From a virus (taxonomy: Duplodnaviria; Caudoviricetes): a stretch of 50,341 nucleotides of DNA. The first letter of the stretch is position 1. Each line of letters starts with the position of its first letter. The notes beneath the pieces are model-generated. The model worked only from the letters and a program-made list of their open reading frames with translations, was not told the DNA's origin and ran no database searches. The position numbers were made by a program, and so were the translations under genes. Location: positions 1 to 50,341 of the IMG/VR virus record IMGVR_UViG_3300005326_000059; one strand, written 5' to 3'. Of the stretch, positions 1 to 10,483 are shown piece by piece.

Positions 1-3000
1 TGTGTTGCTATCGTATGCTGAGCCGATGTGAGGTGGTAGTATTCCGCCGCAGCCCCTCCCTGAATACCCGTGAGGTCATTGTGAGCCGATGGTGAAGAAT
101 ATGAGAACTGAGCGTCAAAAGCCGACTGTATTGAGGTCGCCGTAGCCGCTCCTTTCTGAACTGTTATCTTAGCTACCAATACCGCGTGTGACGATATAGC
201 CACAGGTAGTGGCGGCACAACGGCCGACTGCGCTTGAGTAAGTGTATAGTCACCCGAGCCCGCAACAACATATAGGTGCTTCTGAGACTCTACGCCACGA
301 AATACCCAGTTAACGGCATATCTATTTGCCGTCAGCTCTACTAGATTAGTGCCATCGCAATAGTAAGTGTTGTTATACGATGGAGATAATGTGCGTCCCC
401 ATACACCCGCCGTCTTGAACCAAAAGGCAAGGTTGTCGGTTGCCGTCTCTATGAGAGATAAATCCACTGGCACGGCTCCCGTCCATATACGGCCTTGAGT
501 TAGTCTTAGACTTCTTGTGCCGTATTCTGTTAGCGACAACCCCGACTCTCTTCTATAACGCTGAGTCTTTACAATTGATTGGTGTACTTTGTTAGCTAAG
601 GCTAATCCAAGCGCATCCCAATTCTGAGTATGCAAGATATTCCCATTGCGATATATTGAGTATATCGGCACAATGGTTGTCTCATTAATAAGAGTCACAT
701 TAGTGATTACCTCCACTATCGGGCTCCCACCATTATAATTGGCTACCACATAGTTTTGAGCGTCATTAGTTAGGCTAAATGTACCTCCGACTATTGTATA
801 TAAGTTTATCAAACCTGCCCCTGACGCATTGCTAGATAGGTTGTATTGACCTGCGCCAATGGTAATTGTACCATCACCGTTATCTGTTATGGCGGGTATC
901 TGATTAGCACCATTAGAGTAATTAGGGTATATCTCAACCCTATCTTGTGGCTCCGCGCCAGCATTAATGCCCGACGCACGCACCTCTAACGCTACCATGC
1001 GGTTAAGTGAGTCTCTATTGGTTGCCGTAAGAGCCTTCACGAGCATAGCGGTTTCGGTTGTCGTCTTATTAGCTTTTTCCGCCGTAGCCTTTTTATTAGA
1101 GACTATTCTCTGGGTTGTAGGGCTCACTCTAACCGTGTAATTAGGAAAGATAGAGTCTTTCTTGTACTCAGTGCTTACATTGAGTATATTGAGTGCCTCT
1201 GAGCCTATTTTAAGCCTATTTCCCGCCCTTAGTAGAGATGCTATGCTTGGGTTGTCATTGACAAACTTACTGTCAATACTAATGTCGTAATTGAACTTGT
1301 TATAAGCGTGGCTATCTCTATACGCTTTCAAGGCGGCCTCTAATCTCTCTTCTGCTGCAATAACATAGGCATCAGGTAGGTCTATGTTTAAGAACACAAA
1401 CTTATCTCCCGCCTCAGGATATAGCGTAGCATTTGGGACTAGAATATCATAGTCACCAAGCGACTTTTGTAGGGTTAGGGTTATAGACGACTCTTGGATA
1501 CTATCGGGGAATACGATTGTACCCTTATCAGTCATATAAGGAGTGTCTTTATCAAAAGGAAGATATAAGTATCCGCCTCCGATAATATCTTCTGTCCCAA
1601 TAGTTGTATAAGATATGCGCATCACCAAGTCCCACATACCCGCAGGGAGGTATCCTAGACTATCGTCCTTAACCTCTTGCTCTGCGATAGCGACAACCCC
1701 CTCTAAGTTTACAGAGGAGCCATAGAGCAACGGCCAAGTGCCACCACCCGTCAACACTATCTCATTATCAGAGTATCTATCTTTCATTATCGGCGTAAGC
1801 GTTACATTGACGCCATCACCAATAGTAGTGCTATCATTGCGAAGTATAGAGCCCTCGCCCCACTTCATTTCCTTGGTGTATGCTAGTGTCTGCTCGCCCT
1901 GTCCTTGGCCATAGAAACCCAATACCACATCCTCCGAGTGGTTACCCCACCAATAAGCCTCGTCTAAGACTAGCTTAGGGAAGAAGTAGTAGTTTTTAGC
2001 CGTGTTCACGCCGTTAGTGCGCTTACCATTTATGGCCACCACCTTGAAGTTTGCACCCGAGCACATACCCGACTGCATATTCATAATCATCTCTCCCTTA
2101 GCAGAGATACACTTAGATAAGTTGAATCCTAGAGGGTTGAGAGACACATCAAACTCATCATCAATAACTTTACCTGTGTCACTAATCTCATCTGAGCCTA
2201 TTTCCCCAACCGTAAGGAGCTCGTCAATAGGATTGCCTTCATAGGTAACACCCTTGATAGTTGGATAAATCTCTTCATTACCATCAGTGCCATCAAAACG
2301 CACGAACTCCTCGGTAATATTACCCTTGGCAATCTCCGCATCGTTTTTATAATAATCTACCGTCCAAGGAGCTATCGGAGGTATGGCCGTAGCATCACCT
2401 TGGGTGTAAATCTTTGGCATAAGAGCGGGTGCGTAGTCAGGGCAAGGGTTGGCCGCAAAGCGGTCGCTATCCCTATAATAGTTTAAAGGGATATTCCTTT
2501 CCGAGCCTGAGCCACGGACATAACCTAGCACCTTATCTTCGGTTGCTGATTTATTAATCTCGTATAACCCATTGCCCTTGCCGTATTGGAACTCGTGAGA
2601 GATGGTGTCGCCAACCTTAAAGGTATCGGCAAATACATATCCTACGGTATTCCAAATATAAATCTTCTTGCCTTTGATAGTGTATTTATACTTATACTCA
2701 TCAGAGATAGTAGTAAGAGCATCCCAAATATATTGATTGTCGATAGTGATGTCTCTCGGCTCGTCATTAAGACCTGCCTCAACATACACATTCCAACCGC
2801 CTATACGCGCAAGGTTAGCCGTTAACCTATCGGCAAACTCGGTTATGCCCCCGCTATAAACGACAACGCTAAGACCCGTAGTTAGCTTTGGAAGCGTACT
2901 TACCCTATCTAAAAACTTAACACCCTTGAGCACTTCGCTCTCAGGTTTGTATGTGAGTGTGTATATGTACTCTAGCTGAGCGCTGCCTTTCTTACGAGCA

Positions 3001-3203
3001 GGTGGCACAAAGCATCTCCAAGTCTCCCCGCCAAAGGTAAGAAAACTAGACAACCACTCATCATCGCTAATGTCGTCTAAGAGTGAAATCTCGGCCGTAA
3101 TGACCGACTCCGCCATAAACTCAGAGCTATGAGAAAAGTCTTTTAGTTGTATATTGTAGAAAGGTGTTTCCACCCCTCCAACTAGATATTTTAGTTCTAT
3201 CAT
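1..3203 (-). CDS. Large tail protein (hub/Tal-like N-terminus, fibre-like C-terminus), 3' end outside window; absent from ORF track
   Basis: ATG at 3203 overlaps the endolysin TGA. Translated by hand as MIELKYLVGGVETPFYNIQLKDFSHSSEFMAESVITAEISLL...; the same frame at the window edge reads HNDLTGIQGGAAAEYYHLTSAQHT, a motif typical of phage tail-fibre proteins. An internal stop would have put an ORF in the track, so the frame is inferred to be open throughout. Confidence 0.8.
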   Translation of the reverse strand, partial: MIELKYLVGGVETPFYNIQLKDFSHSSEFMAESVITAEISLLDDISDDEWLSSFLTFGGETWRCFVPPARKKGSAQLEYIYTLTYKPESEVLKGVKFLDRVSTLPKLTTGLSVVVYSGGITEFADRLTANLARIGGWNVYVEAGLNDEPRDITIDNQYIWDALTTISDEYKYKYTIKGKKIYIWNTVGYVFADTFKVGDTISHEFQYGKGNGLYEINKSATEDKVLGYVRGSGSERNIPLNYYRDSDRFAANPCPDYAPALMPKIYTQGDATAIPPIAPWTVDYYKNDAEIAKGNITEEFVRFDGTDGNEEIYPTIKGVTYEGNPIDELLTVGEIGSDEISDTGKVIDDEFDVSLNPLGFNLSKCISAKGEMIMNMQSGMCSGANFKVVAINGKRTNGVNTAKNYYFFPKLVLDEAYWWGNHSEDVVLGFYGQGQGEQTLAYTKEMKWGEGSILRNDSTTIGDGVNVTLTPIMKDRYSDNEIVLTGGGTWPLLYGSSVNLEGVVAIAEQEVKDDSLGYLPAGMWDLVMRISYTTIGTEDIIGGGYLYLPFDKDTPYMTDKGTIVFPDSIQESSITLTLQKSLGDYDILVPNATLYPEAGDKFVFLNIDLPDAYVIAAEERLEAALKAYRDSHAYNKFNYDISIDSKFVNDNPSIASLLRAGNRLKIGSEALNILNVSTEYKKDSIFPNYTVRVSPTTQRIVSNKKATAEKANKTTTETAMLVKALTATNRDSLNRMVALEVRASGINAGAEPQDRVEIYPNYSNGANQIPAITDNGDGTITIGAGQYNLSSNASGAGLINLYTIVGGTFSLTNDAQNYVVANYNGGSPIVEVITNVTLINETTIVPIYSIYRNGNILHTQNWDALGLALANKVHQSIVKTQRYRRESGLSLTEYGTRSLRLTQGRIWTGAVPVDLSLIETATDNLAFWFKTAGVWGRTLSPSYNNTYYCDGTNLVELTANRYAVNWVFRGVESQKHLYVVAGSGDYTLTQAQSAVVPPLPVAISSHAVLVAKITVQKGAATATSIQSAFDAQFSYSSPSAHNDLTGIQGGAAAEYYHLTSAQHTIAT

Positions 3204-3637
3204 ACTATTTTACCATTGTGCATCTTAAATGCCTGTTTTCTATTACCTCTATACTTGTATGAGCAGTGCACCCACTCCCGTTTTCCGATAACCTTACCAT
3301 CTTTCTTTATATCGGCCGTTTCATATATAACTTGGTCGTACAGAAGATTGTTTTTAATTAACTCGTAGAGATATAGATTGTTATAGCAAGTCATATCGGC
3401 CGCTTCCCCCGTAAGGTGTTGTGAGGTTGGTGCTCCGCCAACCGCCTTATTGAGTTTCTCGCTCCGAAAGCCGCTTGTTATGATTATAGGCCGCCCCAAT
3501 AGCTCCCTTACGGGGTCTAGGACTTCTTTGACTAGGAGCTCTATTCTACTTATAGAGCCCCCGTCAGGTTTATTGTCGATACCCAACTGATTAGCCGTAC
3601 TAGATTGGGTAAACTCACTTAGTTTAAAATGTATCAT
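3200..3637 (-). CDS. Endolysin, peptidase M15A family
   Basis: ITSGFRS-x3-N-x2-VGGA-x2-SQH-x2-GEAAD and C-terminal WVH Zn-peptidase motifs. Confidence 0.88.
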   Translation of the reverse strand: MIHFKLSEFTQSSTANQLGIDNKPDGGSISRIELLVKEVLDPVRELLGRPIIITSGFRSEKLNKAVGGAPTSQHLTGEAADMTCYNNLYLYELIKNNLLYDQVIYETADIKKDGKVIGKREWVHCSYKYRGNRKQAFKMHNGKIV

Positions 3638-4073
3638 TTGTTGGTTCCTCCACTGCTATGTTGAAAATCTGCTCTCGCCTAGCCATTACAGGACAGTTCT
3701 TTAGATTCTTGCAGGACATAGCCGCACTGATTATCGCATCTTTCTTTGCCGACTCTTCTAGGTATTGCTTCCTCTCCTCCTCCATGCGCTGCATTTGCTC
3801 TTTGATATCCTTCACCTCTTCTTTTAGCTTGGATATAATCTCATCTTTCTCCTTAAACATCTCATTGAATCGCTTGTTTAGGTCGTCATAAATGCGAAGG
3901 TATAAGTCGTGTGTCAGTCCTTCATTCTCAATCCTCTTCTTATCATTGTCAAGTTCAGCTCCATCGGCCTCCGCAAAAGCCTGCTTTTTCTTTGCTTTTA
4001 ATGTAAATATTGTTCCTAATATGCTCAATACGCCTGTCGCGAAGCTTATTAGTATAGTAGACCATAGTTCCAT
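3624..4073 (-). CDS. Holin-like membrane protein
   Basis: Single N-terminal hydrophobic helix, coiled coil, overlaps endolysin start. Confidence 0.5.
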   Translation of the reverse strand: MELWSTILISFATGVLSILGTIFTLKAKKKQAFAEADGAELDNDKKRIENEGLTHDLYLRIYDDLNKRFNEMFKEKDEIISKLKEEVKDIKEQMQRMEEERKQYLEESAKKDAIISAAMSCKNLKNCPVMARREQIFNIAVEEPTNDTF

Positions 4074-4076
4074 CTA

Positions 4077-5552
4077 TTATTCCTCCGTAGTTTGGGTAGC
4101 TTTAGCAGCCGTTTTAACTGTCTTTACTTGTTTTAATGCTAATTGCCTGTCCTGCTCCTCTTTTAACTCAGTGGTTATCCTCTCTATCTCATCAGGAGCT
4201 GAATAAGGAGACCTCTCTGCTGCCGTCCTTCTTGATATGATATTTTGCGATGTCAAGTTCATCAGGTCTTGAACTATCGCTGAATCGCTTTGAGGAATCC
4301 AAGCCTTGAACTCACCTCGTATATTGAGCTTATTAAAATCAGTAAAACGCTCGAACTCTATGCCGAGACCATAGACAAACAATCTTGTTAGTTTATCGGC
4401 AATATCGTCATATTTTCTTGTGTCAGACAACGCCTTCTCGTATGCAGTGCTAAGTAGCATCTTAAGTGCGATAGCGCTTAGCTCTGAGCCTACCTTGATG
4501 TCCGCAGGTGTGAGGAATACTACCCCCGATTGAATCTGTATCTGCTCCCTAAGGTCTTTTATCAGGTTCTCCATTCCCTCAGGAGTATCGGGAGACAGGT
4601 ATTTGGCATCGCCTTGGCTCTCGGGATTAGGGTCATTAAGTACTACTGCGCCTGCTGTCTTTTTCAGTGAATTATCAATCTTACCTTTGATATAAAGAAG
4701 TCCCCATCCGTGACGCTTCATTATAACCGCATAGATGTTGTAGATAATCTCTAGCACCTCTATAATAGACTGAGAATCCTCCCAAGCTACATCGCCTCTC
4801 TTATACACTACGGGTATCTCATTGAAGCCGTGTTCTGTAAATGATAAGAGTCTCCAATCTTGACCTTCGCCTTTTCCGATAGAGTAAAACATCGACTTAT
4901 CGTAGATGTCGATATACTCAATGCCTTCTCTAGTGTAGTATATCATTATATCCTCCATGCGATTATATTTATCGTAATGAGGTATTAATGTATAGCCTTC
5001 AAGGTAGGATACAAGCCTTACTTGAACTTTTTTGTCTTCGTCGAAGTAAAATATAGCCGCAGCATCACCGCACGACTTTTGAGCTTCCACTAGGTCGGAT
5101 TTTACTATATCCATATTCCTATTTATCCACTCCTCTTTTATGGTGACGAAGTTCTCTTTATCCTTGTCGGTTGGCTTTGAGTTGCAGAGCGTGAACTTCA
5201 TCGGCTCTCCGCATAGATACTGTGTCTGCTTCTGTACTATCTTTCTTTGATATGCTAGTGTTATCCGCCTGTCTTTTATCTCAGACCAACCCCAATTATT
5301 ACCTTGGCGTACCTTGGCTATGATAGATGGCACATTGTCGTCAAAGTTGATATCGTGCTTCGCAGGGTCTAGCTCTGCCAAGAATCTATCTTGCGACACC
5401 ACACTTGCCGTTGCCGTAGTAGGTATAACGGGCATCAAATCTCCTAGCGTAGTGCTTATACCATCCGTGCCGCCGATAGTATCTCCTCCTCGTGTAAAAG
5501 GCTTCTTTGTTAAAGCCTTAGGTACATCTTTTAAAATCTCGTTAATTTCCAT
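4077..5552 (-). CDS. Portal protein (SPP1 gp6-like)
   Basis: 491 aa directly downstream of TerL; HGFNEIPVV and LSAIALK motifs of SPP1-type portals. Confidence 0.85.
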   Translation of the reverse strand: MEINEILKDVPKALTKKPFTRGGDTIGGTDGISTTLGDLMPVIPTTATASVVSQDRFLAELDPAKHDINFDDNVPSIIAKVRQGNNWGWSEIKDRRITLAYQRKIVQKQTQYLCGEPMKFTLCNSKPTDKDKENFVTIKEEWINRNMDIVKSDLVEAQKSCGDAAAIFYFDEDKKVQVRLVSYLEGYTLIPHYDKYNRMEDIMIYYTREGIEYIDIYDKSMFYSIGKGEGQDWRLLSFTEHGFNEIPVVYKRGDVAWEDSQSIIEVLEIIYNIYAVIMKRHGWGLLYIKGKIDNSLKKTAGAVVLNDPNPESQGDAKYLSPDTPEGMENLIKDLREQIQIQSGVVFLTPADIKVGSELSAIALKMLLSTAYEKALSDTRKYDDIADKLTRLFVYGLGIEFERFTDFNKLNIRGEFKAWIPQSDSAIVQDLMNLTSQNIISRRTAAERSPYSAPDEIERITTELKEEQDRQLALKQVKTVKTAAKATQTTEE

Positions 5553-5555
5553 TTT

Positions 5556-7199
5556 TTAAGACCATTCTAAAAATTCTTGTAATGTTATATTTGTTTCTTC
5601 AAATCCATCTATTCCTAGAGGGCGCCCCTCGGGCGTGAAAGCACCTCTATCTGCGCCTAATATATTGTAGTCTAGGTCTACTGACATCCTCATTATGAAG
5701 TTGTCTATCAAGTCGGGAGAACGGTTCTTACCCAATAGCCTGCACATGTCTTTTTTCTCAATCACACGCAGCTTACCATTATCTAGCGGTGGGTAAAACC
5801 TTATGACCGTACACTCAGCAATAAACTCTTCCCTGAATGTCAAAACCTTCTTTATATGCTTGTGCTTATATATCCTAGCTGCTAAGGTAGGGTCTATTGA
5901 TATGACTCCGTATTTTATCATATCTATAAGTTTCTCCGCACACTGTGTCTTCATGTGGTAGTATCTCGCCCTGCCTTGTCCTATCGGCGCTCTGTTGGAG
6001 TTGTATGCTATTGCACCTCTTATATATCCCCCGACGAAGTTGCCTTGGCCTACTGAGTCGTAAATCACATTAAAGTCTCCTATGCTATGCTTCGCTTGCA
6101 TATTTCTTATCAAGGATATCACCATTGGGGAGTCTAGGTTTTTGCCAGCAACAATGGTGGCGTCTAGTACATGGAAGCCCTCCCAAGCAAGTATAACTGT
6201 ATTGTCCTCTCCTCCCATCGCTATATCTGCCGTTATGTATCTCTTGCCGCTAGGGTTGGGGTCAATATCGAATACCGACTCTGCCATCTGCCGTGTTATT
6301 GGCAGCTCCATCTCTTCCTCTTCATCTACATTCCAATTACCTTCGAGAAGCTGCTCCGCTTGAGCGCCACCCGCCATAGCTAAACTGCCTAGATATTGAG
6401 GTTGGTCTTTCAGGAGAATTTTATTCTCACCAAGCTTACCCTTTATAAAGGTAAATGATTTTATGAAGTCGTATGGAGACATAAACTCGGTTCCCGAAGC
6501 TCTCATCTGTCTGTCAATCCTATCCTTTACCTTTTGGTACACCTCTTCTTTTGAATTGCCCCATATAATATCCTCGACACCTCCGCGCTCATAGTACATA
6601 TATCTTACTACGCCGTCTTTCTCGGGGTCTATGAACCCATCCTCATCAATATACCACTCAATAAGCTTCCTTACCCATGAGTTCTTTTTAGGATTGGTAG
6701 TTGCTCTAAAAAGTGGCTTTATGCCTGCGCTACCACGATTACGAGATAATAGGTATGTGAATGTCGTCCACTGATACGCCGTTAGCTCATCAAGGTATAT
6801 AAAGTCGTACTGCCAACCCTTTACCCTCTCGGTTATTGCCGCAATACTTTCGTCATTCATGTGCGTCATAACAACTTTGGCTCCGCTATTAAACTCTACC
6901 TCTGGGTTGTCCGACATTGTTGTTCTCGCGATTATGCTTGGAGGATATATTTTCTTAAACTCCTCTGTCATAGAACCGCCTCCCTTGAGCTCCCCTAGAT
7001 TCTTTCTTACATATAGGGCTCTAAACTCTTTAATGTCAAGATAGTATCCAGAAGAAATTACGGCAGCCGATGTTTTACCAACACCCGCAGCCCCGCCACC
7101 GATAACAATGTCAATGTTACTTGTGACAAATTTTTCCTGATATCCCTCTTGTGGCTTGATTATTTTAGCCTTTATTTCAGTCTTTTTTTCCTCTTTCAT
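5556..7199 (-). CDS. terL: Terminase large subunit
   Basis: Walker A GGAAGVGKT, Walker B YLDE, ATTNP coupling motif, nuclease motifs TADIAMGGED and SPDLID. Confidence 0.93.
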   Translation of the reverse strand: MKEEKKTEIKAKIIKPQEGYQEKFVTSNIDIVIGGGAAGVGKTSAAVISSGYYLDIKEFRALYVRKNLGELKGGGSMTEEFKKIYPPSIIARTTMSDNPEVEFNSGAKVVMTHMNDESIAAITERVKGWQYDFIYLDELTAYQWTTFTYLLSRNRGSAGIKPLFRATTNPKKNSWVRKLIEWYIDEDGFIDPEKDGVVRYMYYERGGVEDIIWGNSKEEVYQKVKDRIDRQMRASGTEFMSPYDFIKSFTFIKGKLGENKILLKDQPQYLGSLAMAGGAQAEQLLEGNWNVDEEEEMELPITRQMAESVFDIDPNPSGKRYITADIAMGGEDNTVILAWEGFHVLDATIVAGKNLDSPMVISLIRNMQAKHSIGDFNVIYDSVGQGNFVGGYIRGAIAYNSNRAPIGQGRARYYHMKTQCAEKLIDMIKYGVISIDPTLAARIYKHKHIKKVLTFREEFIAECTVIRFYPPLDNGKLRVIEKKDMCRLLGKNRSPDLIDNFIMRMSVDLDYNILGADRGAFTPEGRPLGIDGFEETNITLQEFLEWS

Positions 7200-7214
7200 A
7201 AGTATAACTTAGCT

Positions 7215-7310
7215 GTGCAAAGTTATAACAAAAATGCGAATGTAACAACCCCGTTACCTTGAACGGGGAAGGGTATTGTAAATTACAACATTGTTACTTA
7301 ACTTTGCACC
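7215..7310. promoter_or_regulatory. Divergent Bacteroidota-type promoter pair
   Basis: TAACTTTGCAC on - (TAACTTTG core at 7218-7225) and on + (core at 7299-7306); central inverted repeat CCCCGTT-N6-AACGGGG at 7249-7268. Confidence 0.75.
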
Positions 7311-7343
7311 CTAGATTGACACAATTAACTAATAAAACTATTT

Positions 7344-7970
7344 ATGGCAAGACAAGACGCAGAAATCCTGCAAATCTTACAAGACTTCGCTGATGCTAAA
7401 AAGCTTAGTGTTAGCAAAATTACAATGCAGAAAAGAGCTGCAAAATTAGCTGCCAAGCAACTCGAACAGGCAGAAGAAGATTTAGCGATTGCGGATATTC
7501 AGGAAGACCTTGAGGTTCTCCACGATAATATCCGAGACGAAAGAGCAAAACAGAAAAGAGAGGATGAGGAAGCTGCTAGAAAGGCGGCAAAGTCCGACAA
7601 GGGAAAGGATACCGATAGTGGTTCCCAAACCCAAAGCACGACTGCTCTCCCTCCCGAAGTAACCGAGGCTCTTGATTGGATTCGCTCACAAAAAAATCTC
7701 AGTATCGCCGAAGAGAGGCGCAAGGCAATTAACGAGAGGGTTTACAAAGAAGGTGCATCGAAAGACGATAAGACCCTGATTGATAAGCTAATCTCAACAC
7801 ACTCTATCACGCACGAGACAGACGAGAATGATGTTGTTACTAAGGTGCTAGACATCTACAACACAATCAAGTCCTCTACGGCAGGCAAAGGAGCCGTGGT
7901 AGCGGGAACGGGTGGAGCCGATAATCAAGCAGCGCTTGATAAGGTTATCGAAGAAGCAAAGAAATTTTAA
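7344..7970 (+). CDS. Capsid scaffolding protein (putative)
   Basis: Charged coiled-coil protein, first gene of the head operon. Confidence 0.6.
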   Translation: MARQDAEILQILQDFADAKKLSVSKITMQKRAAKLAAKQLEQAEEDLAIADIQEDLEVLHDNIRDERAKQKREDEEAARKAAKSDKGKDTDSGSQTQSTTALPPEVTEALDWIRSQKNLSIAEERRKAINERVYKEGASKDDKTLIDKLISTHSITHETDENDVVTKVLDIYNTIKSSTAGKGAVVAGTGGADNQAALDKVIEEAKKF

Positions 7971-7988
7971 AATTAAACTAACACAAAA

Positions 7989-8687
7989 ATGACTGGTAAC
8001 ATTACTGGAATGTCCTACTTTAAAAGTGGGTCTTTTGGCGGCGGAAGGTCTGTGATTGACCAAACGCATCTCCTTGGTAAAATAACCAATGGTGCGCTTA
8101 TCGCCAACCCGCCTGCTATTGGCGGAGTTATCTTCGAGGGTGACTTGGGAGAATATAGCTTCTCTACAAAACAAGTTAAGCACCTCAAGGTATTTAAACT
8201 TGCGGAAGCCGTAACCGACGCATCTACGGCACTTAAATTCTATCGTGGTGATTTTAACCATGTGCTTGAAGCTGGGCTTGTTATTATGCCTGCTCCTGCC
8301 GACCTAGAGACTACGGGTATCGGCATCACTGTTGGAGCGGTGACTAAGACTACTCATACGACTGAGGGTGACATCTATTCTATCGCTATTACTGCGGCTA
8401 CTTTTGGTGAAGGCGTTACGCTTGCTAAAGGTACTCTGTTTGTAGAGGCTGCTGAGGCGGGTGCTGCGGTTCTTCCGCTTATTACCAACCCAAATGTGGC
8501 TTTCTCTACTGATATCCCTATCAGCTATGAGACTTCAACGAGCTTTACTACCCCTGATGGCGCTATTTATCCAGCTCCGTTGTACAATGTATGTACTCTA
8601 TGGAAATCTAAGGCGTCTCCAATTCCTGCTAGCGTGCTTGCGGTATTGAGAAGTGGTGCGTTTACAGATATTAAGATTTTTGGTTAA
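7989..8687 (+). CDS. Head decoration / capsid-associated protein (putative)
   Basis: Ala/Thr/Gly-rich beta protein between scaffold and major capsid. Confidence 0.55.
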   Translation: MTGNITGMSYFKSGSFGGGRSVIDQTHLLGKITNGALIANPPAIGGVIFEGDLGEYSFSTKQVKHLKVFKLAEAVTDASTALKFYRGDFNHVLEAGLVIMPAPADLETTGIGITVGAVTKTTHTTEGDIYSIAITAATFGEGVTLAKGTLFVEAAEAGAAVLPLITNPNVAFSTDIPISYETSTSFTTPDGAIYPAPLYNVCTLWKSKASPIPASVLAVLRSGAFTDIKIFG

Positions 8688-8707
8688 TATTTAAGGAGGA
8701 ATAAGAG

Positions 8708-9829
8708 ATGAAATACGGAATTTCTGTTTACGACAATATGCTGGAAAACCAGCAATTCATGCAAAAGTATGTTGACTCTACTTTCGCTACTAAATTCGAC
8801 CAAGAGCTTTGGAGAAAGTTCTTCCGTTGGGATAACGCCCCTTCGCTTGATGGTCAATACAAATCACTCGAGATAGTTCAAGCGGGAGCCGTTATGGCCG
8901 ATGTTAGAGCTCGTTTCTCTCCTGTTATGCAGAGAGATACCAATGGAGCTAAATACTACCTTGGTACAATTCCTGACCTGTCACACGGTTTCAAGGAAGG
9001 TGCAGAAGACAGGGTGAGACTCAAAAAGATTGCCGAACTCGCTAATGGCGACGCTCAGGTTATCGCTCAGCTCACGAACAGGCTTGAGCCATTTATCCAA
9101 GGTGTGCATGCTCGTATCACCAACATGGCGATGCAGCTTCTCTCTAAAGGAGAAATCTATGATGCCGACACTACGGGTACGGGTCTAGTATACTCACAAC
9201 CAAACATCGTCCCTGCTGCCAACAAGTTTACTGCTGGTGTGGCTGCTTGGTCAGATGCAACTAACGCTAAGATTTTCACTCAGATGATTGCCGTGCAGAA
9301 CTATGTTCGCAACGACCTCAACTATGGTGGAGCTCTTGAGTGGGTAGTTGACAGGACTACGATGAGTAACATCCTGAAAAACAAAGAGGTTAAAGACTTA
9401 GTTGGTGCTATCTTGGTATCTACGGGCATCGTGGTTAATCCTGATGTTATGATTACCGAGAACCAACTCAACACTTTCCTTAACGAGTACAAACAAATCG
9501 CTCCTATCGTGGTAGTTGATGAGTCACAGCGTGTCTATAACGATGGTGGCGTTATCTCTACTGTAAACGGTTGGAAAGCGGGTGCTGCTGTGCTTCGTCC
9601 TGCGGGTCTTGCGGGTGTAATCAAATACTCTCCACTAGATGAGCTTACTGTTGTTGCTGGCGAGGCTGGCATCAATGTATCTTATCTTGATGGCGGAAAG
9701 ATTGGTATTAAGCGTAAGTTTAATCCTGCTACCGAGTATTGGACTACGGATGTCCTTGCGGCTGCTGTTCCTGCGCTTTCTACTTGGAACTACAACTGTA
9801 TCGTAGATAGCACAACTGCCGACTCGTAA
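8708..9829 (+). CDS. Major capsid protein (lambda gpE-like)
   Basis: 373 aa; VMADV...SP, MAMQLLSKG and AAVP elements; position in operon. Confidence 0.8.
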   Translation: MKYGISVYDNMLENQQFMQKYVDSTFATKFDQELWRKFFRWDNAPSLDGQYKSLEIVQAGAVMADVRARFSPVMQRDTNGAKYYLGTIPDLSHGFKEGAEDRVRLKKIAELANGDAQVIAQLTNRLEPFIQGVHARITNMAMQLLSKGEIYDADTTGTGLVYSQPNIVPAANKFTAGVAAWSDATNAKIFTQMIAVQNYVRNDLNYGGALEWVVDRTTMSNILKNKEVKDLVGAILVSTGIVVNPDVMITENQLNTFLNEYKQIAPIVVVDESQRVYNDGGVISTVNGWKAGAAVLRPAGLAGVIKYSPLDELTVVAGEAGINVSYLDGGKIGIKRKFNPATEYWTTDVLAAAVPALSTWNYNCIVDSTTADS

Positions 9830-10167
9830 TGACGACTTACGAATACTTTAGGGGCAAGGTGGGATATGAGCTTAGTCCCGAGACGGTATATTCTATGTTA
9901 GTAGATAGAGGCCTTAGTGCCTCTATCGAACTAGCTAACATTACCGCAGTAGACAGAGAGCTCTTATACGCAGATTTACTTGTTTACGGAGCTACTATAA
10001 TGAACGGGCGCGTCAAGCGTGGGGCATTTGAGAGTTCTGTGGATAACAAGTCAGCTAAAGAATATCTCTCTATCGCTAATGGTATTTATAAGAAGCATTA
10101 CGATGAAAAATATAACTCCGAATTAGAAGAGAATCTAAAGTGGATAGAATATGAAAATGAAGTATAG
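9829..10167 (+). CDS. Head-tail adaptor (putative)
   Basis: Size and position after MCP; ELLYADLL...ANGIYKKH helical pattern. Confidence 0.55.
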   Translation: MTTYEYFRGKVGYELSPETVYSMLVDRGLSASIELANITAVDRELLYADLLVYGATIMNGRVKRGAFESSVDNKSAKEYLSIANGIYKKHYDEKYNSELEENLKWIEYENEV

Positions 10168-10483
10168 CCTTACGGGGCGTTTTTACCGCGTGACGGAGAG
10201 TGAGGGTTCATTACTTACATCCACTACCTCAGAAGCGCTTATAGCGAAGGTCGAGTGTGATGTACAAGAAGATGCGTCAGGGTCTCGTCTCGTAGGGGAT
10301 ACTTTAATTTTCCTATATGTTGTTTATTGTGACCCCATACCAAATGAGACGATACTTGAAGGAGATATCTTTCGGTGCGATATGTACGGAAAGGCTATCG
10401 AGGGTAGGGTTAAGTTTTCTTGGCAGCATTCTATGGGTTGCGAGATAAAGATTCAGAGCAATAGCAAAAAGAAGAATGGCTAA
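10151..10483 (+). CDS. Head closure protein (putative)
   Basis: Beta-rich 110 aa with CDVQ motif; synteny. Confidence 0.5.
   Translation: MKMKYSLTGRFYRVTESEGSLLTSTTSEALIAKVECDVQEDASGSRLVGDTLIFLYVVYCDPIPNETILEGDIFRCDMYGKAIEGRVKFSWQHSMGCEIKIQSNSKKKNG

Noticed and set aside
1-3199. Stop-codon reassignment (TAG read-through) to explain the apparent ORF desert
   Set aside because: The minus frame from ATG 3203 reads open in the standard code where I translated it and simply leaves the window; TAG ends several well-placed genes elsewhere (e.g. 10949, 24194).
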